From Gemmatimonadales bacterium (GTDB taxonomy: Bacteria; Gemmatimonadota; Gemmatimonadetes; Gemmatimonadales; GWC2-71-9): DNA of 64,000 bases. The position numbers and the translations under genes were made by a program. The notes beneath the pieces are model-generated. The model saw only the letters and a program-made list of their open reading frames with translations. It ran no database searches and was not told the origin of the DNA. Location of the stretch: NCBI GenBank assembly GCA_046260395.1, contig JBHEPH010000009.1, positions 5,520 to 69,519 on the forward strand, given 5' to 3'. Below, one piece after another: positions 51,673 through 59,191 of the stretch (position 1 is its first letter; every line of letters begins with the position of its first letter).

Positions 51673-52563
51673 TCAGCGGTTCCGTGACAGCCAGACCGGG
51701 GCCTGGTCACGCACGGTGTTGTGGGTCAGGCGGCGGGGCTGCGCCCCCTCGGGTGTGATGGTGTGGATCTCGAGTTCCCCATGGCGATCGGTCGCGAAGG
51801 CGATCCGGCGCCCGTCGGGGCTCCACGCGGGCCGGCGCTCGATGCCCGAAAGTGCGACTCGACGCTCAGTTCCACTTCGCAGCTCACGGACGACAAGGTC
51901 GACAGCCCCGTTCTCGAACTGCCGTACGAAGACCAGCCGGCGACCGTCGGGCGACCAGGCGGGCTCCCGATCGCCGGCACCAGCCTCCGTCACCCGGGTG
52001 AGTCCGCTGCCATCGGGAGCGACAGTCCAGATCCGGAAGTGACCGTCCCGGTTGCTTGCGAAGGCGATCCGCGACCCGTCGGGGCTCCAGGCCGGGGCCA
52101 TCGCGCCGGCGATGACCCGGCGCGGCCGGAGGTTGAGACGCTCGTTGACCCGGGTCGGCCCGACCCAGACCTCGGGAGTGCCACCGGCGCCGAGCCGGAC
52201 GAAGGCGAGGCGCGACCCGTCGGGCGAGAACGAGGGCATATGGTCGTCCACGTCAGCCGGGCTCCAGCGATTCAGCTCCTCGCCATCGGGGGTGGCCAGC
52301 CAGAGCGACTGCCTACCATCCGAGGGCCGCATGAAGGCAACCCTGCCGTCCGAGGCCGTGGCCGGATGGAAGGCCGCCACCCCGGGCGGCAGGAACCGGC
52401 TGGGCTGGCCCGACGCCTCGGGGAGGATCCACAGCTCTGGCAGCTCGCCGACCTCGCTCTGGAAGAGGAGGTCCGTACGGGTGGTGGTAGTGATTCCGGC
52501 GAGCGCCCAGGTCGTCAGCCCAGTGGCCATGGCCGCAATCAGCCAGGTGGAGCGAGGTAGCAT
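51673..52563 (-). CDS. Stand-alone TolB/PD40 beta-propeller protein
   Basis: N-terminal hydrophobic segment and repeated PAWSPDG-RIAF. Start uncertain (52563, 52590 or 52608). Confidence 0.85.
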   Translation of the reverse strand: MLPRSTWLIAAMATGLTTWALAGITTTTRTDLLFQSEVGELPELWILPEASGQPSRFLPPGVAAFHPATASDGRVAFMRPSDGRQSLWLATPDGEELNRWSPADVDDHMPSFSPDGSRLAFVRLGAGGTPEVWVGPTRVNERLNLRPRRVIAGAMAPAWSPDGSRIAFASNRDGHFRIWTVAPDGSGLTRVTEAGAGDREPAWSPDGRRLVFVRQFENGAVDLVVRELRSGTERRVALSGIERRPAWSPDGRRIAFATDRHGELEIHTITPEGAQPRRLTHNTVRDQAPVWLSRNR

Positions 52564-52712
52564 CTGTGGACTCCCGTCACCAGATTTCATGGCGGACGCC
52601 TGCGGCAACTCGGTGCGTCCAGTGAACGGGGCGGAATCTGGGCGACGCCCTCACCCAGGTCTCATCGGAGGGAGCTCATCTGAGCGAGCCGCAGTCTCAA
52701 AACCTCAAAACA

Positions 52713-55622
52713 GTGCAGGACAACGACTTCCACCTCATCACTATGGGGCGGCTGGCGTTGCGTGTGCCCCTCGGGAGCGTCGTCAGCGAGGAGGAACTCG
52801 GCCCGCACCGGCAGAAGCTGGCGCTCCTGGCCGTGCTGGCGATGAGCAAGCGGCCCCTGTCCAGGGACCAGCTGGTGGGGATGTTCTGGGGGGACCAGCC
52901 GGACGAGCGCGCCCGGCACTCACTGAGCAACGCGCTGTCGTTCCTGCGCCGGGTGCTCGGCCGCGAGGCCATCCGGCGCCACCGCGACGAGGTGGTCCTG
53001 GATCCCGGGATCCCACTCCGAGTGGATGCTCGCGAGTTCGAGGAGGCGGTTGCCGGCGGTCGCTTCAGCGAAGCGCTCGCCTGCCACCCGGGCCCGTTCC
53101 TGGACGGTGTGTACATCGGCGGTGCGGGGGAGTTTGAGCGCTGGGCCGAAGGGGAACGCAATCGCCTCGAGGGACTCTTCCTTCGCGCCTGCGAGGGTGC
53201 ATTCGCCCAACTCGCCGCGGCCCAGGACTGGGCCGATGCGGAGGACGTGGCCCGGCGGTGGCTCGATGCCGCCCCGCTCTCGGGGCAGGCCGCCGCCGCC
53301 CTCCTCGACGCGATCACCGCCCGAGGCGGCCGCGATGCCGACCAGCGCGCCCTCGAGACCTACGACCGCCTGGTCACTCGACTCGGGGAGGAGTACCACC
53401 GCCGTCCCGACCGCGTGGTCATGGACCGCGCCCGCGCCATAGTGGAGCGGCTGCGCGCTACCGATGCCACCGGCGAGTTTCGCGTGCCGACATGGGCACT
53501 GGAGGCTCCGGGTGACTTCCCGGAATCCGAAGTGAAGGCATCACCACCGGCGGCACCCGGTGGGACACCCGCGCCCTTGCCGGCCGCGGAGCCCGCCGTG
53601 CGCCGTTTCCCCTGGCGGTATGGGCTCGTGGCCGCCGCCGCCCTCGTCCTGGCCTGGGGCTGGTGGTCGGGTCGGGAGACGACCGCTGTGACCCCGGCTG
53701 GGCCGCCGGTCGTGGCGATAGGCCCGGTACGCGCGCCCTCGGACAGCGCCGGCACCTGGCTCGGCGAGGGCATGACCCAGATGCTCTCGGCGCGGCTGGC
53801 ACGCAGCACGATGGTGGAAGTGGTCTCGCCGGAACGGATGCGCGAACTGCTGCCGGCCGCCGCGACACTCTCACAGGTGCTCGACGCGGCCCGGCGCGCT
53901 GGAGCCCAGTGGGTGGTCTCGGGTGGCATCACCCGCGCCGAGCAAGGCTATGTGATGGACGTCAACGTCCACGCAGTGGCTGACGGTCGACTCGTGTCCC
54001 TGAACACCGTGACCGGCACCGATCCGATCCGCCTCGCTGACCGAGTGGCGGTGCTGGTGATGGTGGCGGCCGGAACCAGTCCCGAGGGCCCCAGCCTGGC
54101 CGAGGTGGAAACGGCGAATCCGCTGGCGTACGAGGCTTACGTCCGGTTCCTCCGGGCCTCGAACCAGGAGCGCACGGCCGACGCGCTTGCGGCGCTCGAC
54201 GAGGCCATCGCCCTCGACTCGGGGTTCGTCACCGCGCTGCGGGAGCGGGCCTCGCTGGCCTTTCCAACCGCCGACGTGGCGCTGTTGACGACACTGCTCG
54301 ACGCCTTCCGGCGTCACGAGCATCGGGCCACTGAGTTTGATCGCCTCTACCTGGCGGCACAGACCGCCTTCTTCGCCGGCGAGCACGACCGGGCGCGGGC
54401 GCTCGCCCGCCAGCTGGTGGAGCGGTACCCGCGCGACCCCCGCTCGTACGAACTGTCGCACGAGATCCTGATCGCGCACGGCCGGTGGTCGGAGGCCGAG
54501 GAGCTCCTGTTGCGACTGCTGGCGCTGGACTCCGCGGCGACCAGCCTTGGCACGGGGCCGTGCGTCCCATGTGCCTCCCTCGGGCGGCTCTCCTACCTCC
54601 GCCTTGCGCGGGCAGACCTTCCCGGGGCGGAGGCCGCGGCCCGGCGGTATACCGAGCTGGCGCCGGGGGTGGCGCAGGGCTGGGATCACCTCTCCATCGT
54701 ACTGGCGGCCAGGGGGCGGTATGCGGAGGCCCTCGCCGTCGCGGCGCACCTCGCGGAGCTGGGCGACGAAGGGATGATACGAGCCCGGCGCCAGCGGACC
54801 CGGGTGCTGATCATGATGCGCGACTGGCGCGCCGCGGACTCTTCAGTACGGGCGCTGCGACGGGATGCCGTGCAGGGAACGTTGGGGACCGCGCTGGATC
54901 TCTCGGCGATCCTGGCGCGCGAACGCGGCCAGCACCGCGCCGCCGTCGCGGCGCTCGACTCGATGGCCGTGGCGGGCACCCCGGGGGCGCTGCAGATGAT
55001 CGCCGGACACAGCCTGGCAACGATCGGCCAGTTCGCCGCCGCGCGCCAGCGATATCCTGGTACCCCACCCTCCCCGACGCCGCCCGGGGCGCCGGAGGTG
55101 CGCTCGGCAAGCCTGGTGGGTGACCAGACACGCGGGTTCAGCTGGCACCGGGCGCTGGAAGCCGATGCACTCGCGGCGTCGGGCGACACCTTCCGCGTAC
55201 GAGTCATCGCCGACAGCCTGGAACTGCTCAGCGGCCGCAGCTACTACGGACGCGACTGGCTGCTGCATCGCCACGTTCGGGGGCTGCTTCTGGCGCGGGC
55301 CGGCCGGCACGAGGACGCGATCACTGAGTTCAAGGCCTCCTACTGGAGTGCCCTCGGGTTCAACCGCTCGCTCGCCGAGCAGGCGCGATCGGAGCTCGCC
55401 GTGGGACGACCTCACGACGCACTGGCGGCGCTCCGGCGAGCCTACATCCTCCCGCTCGACGGGATGGGCCGATACCAGCCACGCACCGAACTTGACTGGC
55501 TCATGGCACAGGTATTCCGCGCCGCGGGGCAGGCCGACAGCGCCGCAACGTATGAGCGCTGGGTACGCGACGCATGGAGGGAGGCGGATCCGGAGATCCG
55601 GGCGCGGCTCGGTCCGGGTTGA
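52713..55622 (+). CDS. Membrane-anchored SARP/BTAD transcriptional regulator with TolB-N-like and TPR domains
   Basis: LSRDQLVGMFW..ARHSLSNALSFLRR, RVDAREF, GPFLDG..FERW, TM YGLVAAAALVLAWGWW and TPRs. Confidence 0.9.
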   Translation: MQDNDFHLITMGRLALRVPLGSVVSEEELGPHRQKLALLAVLAMSKRPLSRDQLVGMFWGDQPDERARHSLSNALSFLRRVLGREAIRRHRDEVVLDPGIPLRVDAREFEEAVAGGRFSEALACHPGPFLDGVYIGGAGEFERWAEGERNRLEGLFLRACEGAFAQLAAAQDWADAEDVARRWLDAAPLSGQAAAALLDAITARGGRDADQRALETYDRLVTRLGEEYHRRPDRVVMDRARAIVERLRATDATGEFRVPTWALEAPGDFPESEVKASPPAAPGGTPAPLPAAEPAVRRFPWRYGLVAAAALVLAWGWWSGRETTAVTPAGPPVVAIGPVRAPSDSAGTWLGEGMTQMLSARLARSTMVEVVSPERMRELLPAAATLSQVLDAARRAGAQWVVSGGITRAEQGYVMDVNVHAVADGRLVSLNTVTGTDPIRLADRVAVLVMVAAGTSPEGPSLAEVETANPLAYEAYVRFLRASNQERTADALAALDEAIALDSGFVTALRERASLAFPTADVALLTTLLDAFRRHEHRATEFDRLYLAAQTAFFAGEHDRARALARQLVERYPRDPRSYELSHEILIAHGRWSEAEELLLRLLALDSAATSLGTGPCVPCASLGRLSYLRLARADLPGAEAAARRYTELAPGVAQGWDHLSIVLAARGRYAEALAVAAHLAELGDEGMIRARRQRTRVLIMMRDWRAADSSVRALRRDAVQGTLGTALDLSAILARERGQHRAAVAALDSMAVAGTPGALQMIAGHSLATIGQFAAARQRYPGTPPSPTPPGAPEVRSASLVGDQTRGFSWHRALEADALAASGDTFRVRVIADSLELLSGRSYYGRDWLLHRHVRGLLLARAGRHEDAITEFKASYWSALGFNRSLAEQARSELAVGRPHDALAALRRAYILPLDGMGRYQPRTELDWLMAQVFRAAGQADSAATYERWVRDAWREADPEIRARLGPG

Positions 55623-55683
55623 TGAGGGTGGCCGTTATCGGGGTCGCCACACGCGGCCCCAGCCAGCGAAACTTGGTTCCGCC

Positions 55684-56148
55684 TCAGGTCCGCCTGAAGG
55701 TCGCCTCGACCGCCAGCATTTCCTGACCGTCGGGTGTGATGTTGTACATCCGCATCGTGAACTGCCCGTCCACCGCCGGCACCAGCACGATGCGCCACCC
55801 CCAGGGCGGCCCCTCCGGCGCGCCATAGGAGCCGAGCACCGACAAGGCGCCGTCCGCATTGATCCCCCCACGGAAGTGCATGAGCCCGGCGGCCGTGTGG
55901 AACGAATCCACCCAGGTCACCGCATCCTGCTCGGCGGTGGTGGTCTGGTGCACGATGAGCATCGTCCCGGCGTGCGGGGTGCCCTCGTGACTCCAGGTGT
56001 ACTGGAGCAGCGTCGCGGCGCCTTGCGCCGTCGGCGCCACCGTGACCGTGGACGGGGAGACAAACCCGGCCTCACCCGGCCTGAACCAGAGATGGTTAGT
56101 TCCGGTCCATGCCCCAACCAGCCCAGCCAGCAGCTCCGCGATTCCCAT
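55684..56148 (-). CDS. DUF1579-like hypothetical protein
   Basis: LVGAWTG, TWVDSFH and WGWRI..MYNITPDGQE motifs. Confidence 0.75.
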   Translation of the reverse strand: MGIAELLAGLVGAWTGTNHLWFRPGEAGFVSPSTVTVAPTAQGAATLLQYTWSHEGTPHAGTMLIVHQTTTAEQDAVTWVDSFHTAAGLMHFRGGINADGALSVLGSYGAPEGPPWGWRIVLVPAVDGQFTMRMYNITPDGQEMLAVEATFRRT

Positions 56149-56183
56149 TGGCGCTCCCCGGTGTGCCTGCGTGACAACGCCGT

Positions 56184-56239
56184 GTTCCTACTTCCCCGTT
56201 CCCCGTTCCCTGCTCCCTGCTCACTGCTCACCGCTCACT
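56184..56239. repeat. Heptamer tandem repeat, 8 drifting units (GTTCCCC to GCTCACT)
   Basis: gttccta cttcccc gttcccc gttccct gctccct gctcact gctcacc gctcact. Confidence 0.8.
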
Positions 56240-56242
56240 TCC

Positions 56243-56665
56243 CTACTCCACCACCATCGTGAAGTGATACGCCCCCACATGCATCAGCCGCCGGAAGTAG
56301 AACCGGTGGGCGCCGAACCGTTGCACGCCGCTGTCCAGTTCCAGGCGGGAACACCCCGCCTCCCGGGCGCGCACCAGGAGCCAGTCGAACAGCTCGTCAC
56401 CATACCCCTGGGACCGGTACTCCTCGTCAGTGACCAGGTCGTCCACGTAGAGGTGCCGTCCGCGCACCAGCATCTCCTGCACGCGAAAGCCGGCCACCGA
56501 GCGTACCGCTCCTTGCACCGCCAGATACGCCAGCCGGTACCCGGTGCCCTGCTGGCGGCGCACCTGGACCACAAATTCTTCCTCCTCCAGATGCGGCCGC
56601 AGTTGCGACATGACCGGGAAGCAGCGCCGGATCTCCGCCTCGGTCTCCGCCAGCTTGATATCCAT
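56243..56665 (-). CDS. GNAT-family N-acetyltransferase
   Basis: LYVDDLVT..RSQGYG and LDSGVQRFGAHRFY. Alternative GTG start at 56680. Confidence 0.93.
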   Translation of the reverse strand: MDIKLAETEAEIRRCFPVMSQLRPHLEEEEFVVQVRRQQGTGYRLAYLAVQGAVRSVAGFRVQEMLVRGRHLYVDDLVTDEEYRSQGYGDELFDWLLVRAREAGCSRLELDSGVQRFGAHRFYFRRLMHVGAYHFTMVVE

Positions 56666-56676
56666 CGTCGCGTTCC

Positions 56677-57261
56677 TCACCCGTTGTAGACCGGCCCACC
56701 CTGGGCCATGTACCGTGCCAGCACGGCGCGCGCCTCGTCCTGCCGGACGTTGCGGGTGAAGGTCACGCCGCGTTCCTCGACATAGGCATATGACTCGGGA
56801 AACACCGGCCCCTCATCGAACCCGAGTGCCAAGGCATCTTCCCGCGAGGCGCCACAGACCACCCGCCGCACCCCGCTCCAGAGCACGCCACCCAGGCACA
56901 TGGCGCAGGGCTCACAGCTGGTGACGAGCTCGTGCCCCGGTCCATCGGGCTGGTCGAGCGAGAACGCGCCCACCGCCGCCTCCGCCACCATGAACGCCAC
57001 CATCTCCGCGTGCAGGCAGCTGTTCTGGTGCCGCAGCACCGCGTTGACGCCGACCCCCACGAGGCGGCCCGTCCCAACCTCGAAGATCGCGGCGCCGAAC
57101 GGCCCGCCCGTGCCACGGACGACATTCTCCCGGGCCAGCATGATCACCAGGGCCATCGTTTCGTCGTCGCTGGCCCAGATGCGTGACGGGTCCACGACCT
57201 CGTCGATCCAAGCCGGGAGCTCGACGCGAATCTCGCGTGGCCAGGGGGGCGCTGTTGCCAT
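56677..57261 (-). CDS. Zn-dependent nucleoside/guanine deaminase-family protein
   Basis: GGPFGAAIF, HAE and SCEPCAMC. Real start is ATG 57261 inside the long track ORF. Confidence 0.92.
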   Translation of the reverse strand: MATAPPWPREIRVELPAWIDEVVDPSRIWASDDETMALVIMLARENVVRGTGGPFGAAIFEVGTGRLVGVGVNAVLRHQNSCLHAEMVAFMVAEAAVGAFSLDQPDGPGHELVTSCEPCAMCLGGVLWSGVRRVVCGASREDALALGFDEGPVFPESYAYVEERGVTFTRNVRQDEARAVLARYMAQGGPVYNG

Positions 57262-57264
57262 CGA

Positions 57265-57303
57265 GGAAGTGTAGCGGCCCCCCGGCCCGCCCGCTACACT
57301 TCC
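57265..57303. promoter_or_regulatory. 13-bp inverted repeat carrying two divergent -10 boxes
   Basis: GGAAGTGTAGCGG-N13-CCGCTACACTTCC. TACACT lies 6 nt before each ATG. Confidence 0.7.
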
Positions 57304-57306
57304 ACC

Positions 57307-58551
57307 ATGCCCCCTCACACCACGCGGCGCTTTGCGGGACCAGCCCTGGTCTGCCTGCTGCTCGTGCATGCCGCATGCGGTGCACCAGCCGGGCCCTCGC
57401 AACCCCCACCACCTCCCCCTCCCCCTCCGCCGCCGGCTGCGCCGGCTTCCCTCACGGCCGTCGCCGGGATGGGCCAGGCGGCACCGGCGGGCACCGCCCT
57501 CGGCTCGCCGGTCACGGTCGTGGTGGCGGATCGTGACGGACAGCTGCTGGGTGGTCGTCCGGTCCAGTTCACGGTGACCAGCGGCGGCGGGTGGACGGTG
57601 GATGAACAGGTCGTCACCCAGAGCGATGGGCGGGCCACGACCATTTGGTACCTGGGTCCATCCCCGGGTGCAACTCAGCAACTCCAGGCCACCGTCGGCA
57701 CGCTCTCCGCGCTCGTCAGCGCCACCGCGACTTCGCTGGTCAGCGGTACCACCTACCTCGGGCACCTGGGGTTCATCGAGTTCATTGCCGGCGACGGATC
57801 CGTCGTCCTGAGCGCCGCCCATGGCGGCTCCCTCACGCCGCCGGAGATTCCCGACCGCACCGTGGGGACCACCGTCACCGACGCCAACACCGACCCCCTC
57901 GCCCGCGCAATGGCAACGGCCCTGCACACCGAGACCGGCGAGCGCCCGCACCTCGTGATCGTGCGCCTCAGGCGCACCAAGCTCGACGCCAACCGGGAGG
58001 TGATCGAGGCGGCCCAGGGCAATCCGCTCGCCGTGCGGGCATGGCGGGAGTACCACGGCTTCATTGAGGCCGCGAAGGTGGCGGCTGCCGCAGCGGGCCC
58101 CCGCCCCTTCTATCTGGACATCCACGGCCACGGCCACGCCATCCAGCGGCTGGAATTGGGGTACCTGCTCGCGGCGAACGACTTCTCCAAACCCGATGCC
58201 GAACTGAACAGCGGTCCCTATGCCTCCCAGAGCAGCATCCGCAGTCTGGCTACCGCGTCCAGCACACCCTTCGCGGAACTGCTTCGGGGGCCCACGAGTC
58301 TGGGCGGCCGTTTCGCCACCGAGGGGTATCCGTCCGTTCCCAGCCCGGCGATTCCCTCCCCGGGAGCAGACCCGTACTTCAATGGTGGCTACAGTACCGC
58401 CAGACACGGCAGCCGGAGCGGCGGGCCGGTCAACGGGGTCCAACTCGAGGCGAATTTCACCGGGGTGCGGGACACCGACGCCAACCGGCAATTATTTGCC
58501 GCGGCGGCGGCCAGGGTCATCGCCGGGTTTCTGGCCGGGGGACAACAGTAG
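57307..58551 (+). CDS. Lipoprotein with Ig-like domain and N-formylglutamate-amidohydrolase-like (Zn-carboxypeptidase fold) domain
   Basis: HAAC lipobox, poly-Pro, Ig-like region, SAAHGG, RTKLDANR, LDIHGH, YFNGGY and VQLE. Confidence 0.8.
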   Translation: MPPHTTRRFAGPALVCLLLVHAACGAPAGPSQPPPPPPPPPPPAAPASLTAVAGMGQAAPAGTALGSPVTVVVADRDGQLLGGRPVQFTVTSGGGWTVDEQVVTQSDGRATTIWYLGPSPGATQQLQATVGTLSALVSATATSLVSGTTYLGHLGFIEFIAGDGSVVLSAAHGGSLTPPEIPDRTVGTTVTDANTDPLARAMATALHTETGERPHLVIVRLRRTKLDANREVIEAAQGNPLAVRAWREYHGFIEAAKVAAAAAGPRPFYLDIHGHGHAIQRLELGYLLAANDFSKPDAELNSGPYASQSSIRSLATASSTPFAELLRGPTSLGGRFATEGYPSVPSPAIPSPGADPYFNGGYSTARHGSRSGGPVNGVQLEANFTGVRDTDANRQLFAAAAARVIAGFLAGGQQ

Positions 58552-58599
58552 GGAACGGGGAACGGCGAACGGGGAACGGGGAACAGGGAATGGGGAGCA
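58551..58599. repeat. Heptamer tandem repeat (GGGAACG-like)x7
   Basis: gggaacg gggaacg gcgaacg gggaacg gggaaca gggaatg gggagca. Confidence 0.85.
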
Positions 58600-58616
58600 G
58601 GGCGCGGGCTTTCTCC

Positions 58617-58640
58617 GGGCGAGGCATGCCTCGCCCCTAC
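58617..58640 (-). repeat. GTAG-type REP-like palindrome
   Basis: Minus strand reads GTAG-GGGCGAGGCATGCCTCGCCC, a perfect 20-bp palindrome, between convergent genes. Confidence 0.7.
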
Positions 58641-58657
58641 TTCTCACTGCTCACTTC

Positions 58658-59191
58658 TCACTGGCCCAGATACCGCTCCCGCAGGATCCGCAGGTGATGC
58701 CCCGCATGTCCGGCGATGGTCCAGGCGATCGCCCGCGCCGAGGCAGGCTGGTTGCTCGCCGTGCCACGGCGCGCGGCGGCATCCGGCGTCAGCGACGCCA
58801 GCAGTGACAGCGTCGCCCGCCGCACGGTGGCAAACTCTTCCGCCAGATCCGCAAGCGTCCGGCCCGCGGCGCCGCTTTCCGGCGTGTAGGCATTCTCATC
58901 GAACCCCGGCAGGGGGGTTGCATCCCCCCGGGCGATCCGCAACGCCCGGTAGGCGAAGATCCGCTCGGCGTCATTCATGTGGCCGATCACCTCCTTGATC
59001 GTCCACTTGCCCTCTGCGTAGGCAAGGTCCCCCTGGGCTTCGACCAGCGAACCGCAGAGGACCAGCATTTCATCCAGCTGGTGCGTCAGGGTCTCCAGCA
59101 GGTCCCCATCCGGCACCCCACTGATATACCCGGCGTAGAACGGCGCGTACTCATCATCCCCGGGGCGCGGAAAGCTCTCGGCGGGCATCAT
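58658..59191 (-). CDS. DinB-family protein
   Basis: YAEGKWTIKEVIGHMNDAERIFAYR, LPGFDEN and GHAGHH motifs. Confidence 0.92.
   Translation of the reverse strand: MMPAESFPRPGDDEYAPFYAGYISGVPDGDLLETLTHQLDEMLVLCGSLVEAQGDLAYAEGKWTIKEVIGHMNDAERIFAYRALRIARGDATPLPGFDENAYTPESGAAGRTLADLAEEFATVRRATLSLLASLTPDAAARRGTASNQPASARAIAWTIAGHAGHHLRILRERYLGQ

Noticed and set aside
51673-52563. Genuine tolB of the Tol-Pal system
   Set aside because: It lacks the TolB N-terminal domain and has no tolQRA/pal neighbours.
56677-58491. 604-aa ORF appearing as a long N-terminal fusion to the deaminase
   Set aside because: The extension is the antisense of 57307..58551. A -10 box and ATG at 57261 give a normal-size deaminase.
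56184-58599. CRISPR interpretation of the short repeats
   Set aside because: The units are contiguous 7-mers with no spacers, and there are no cas genes.
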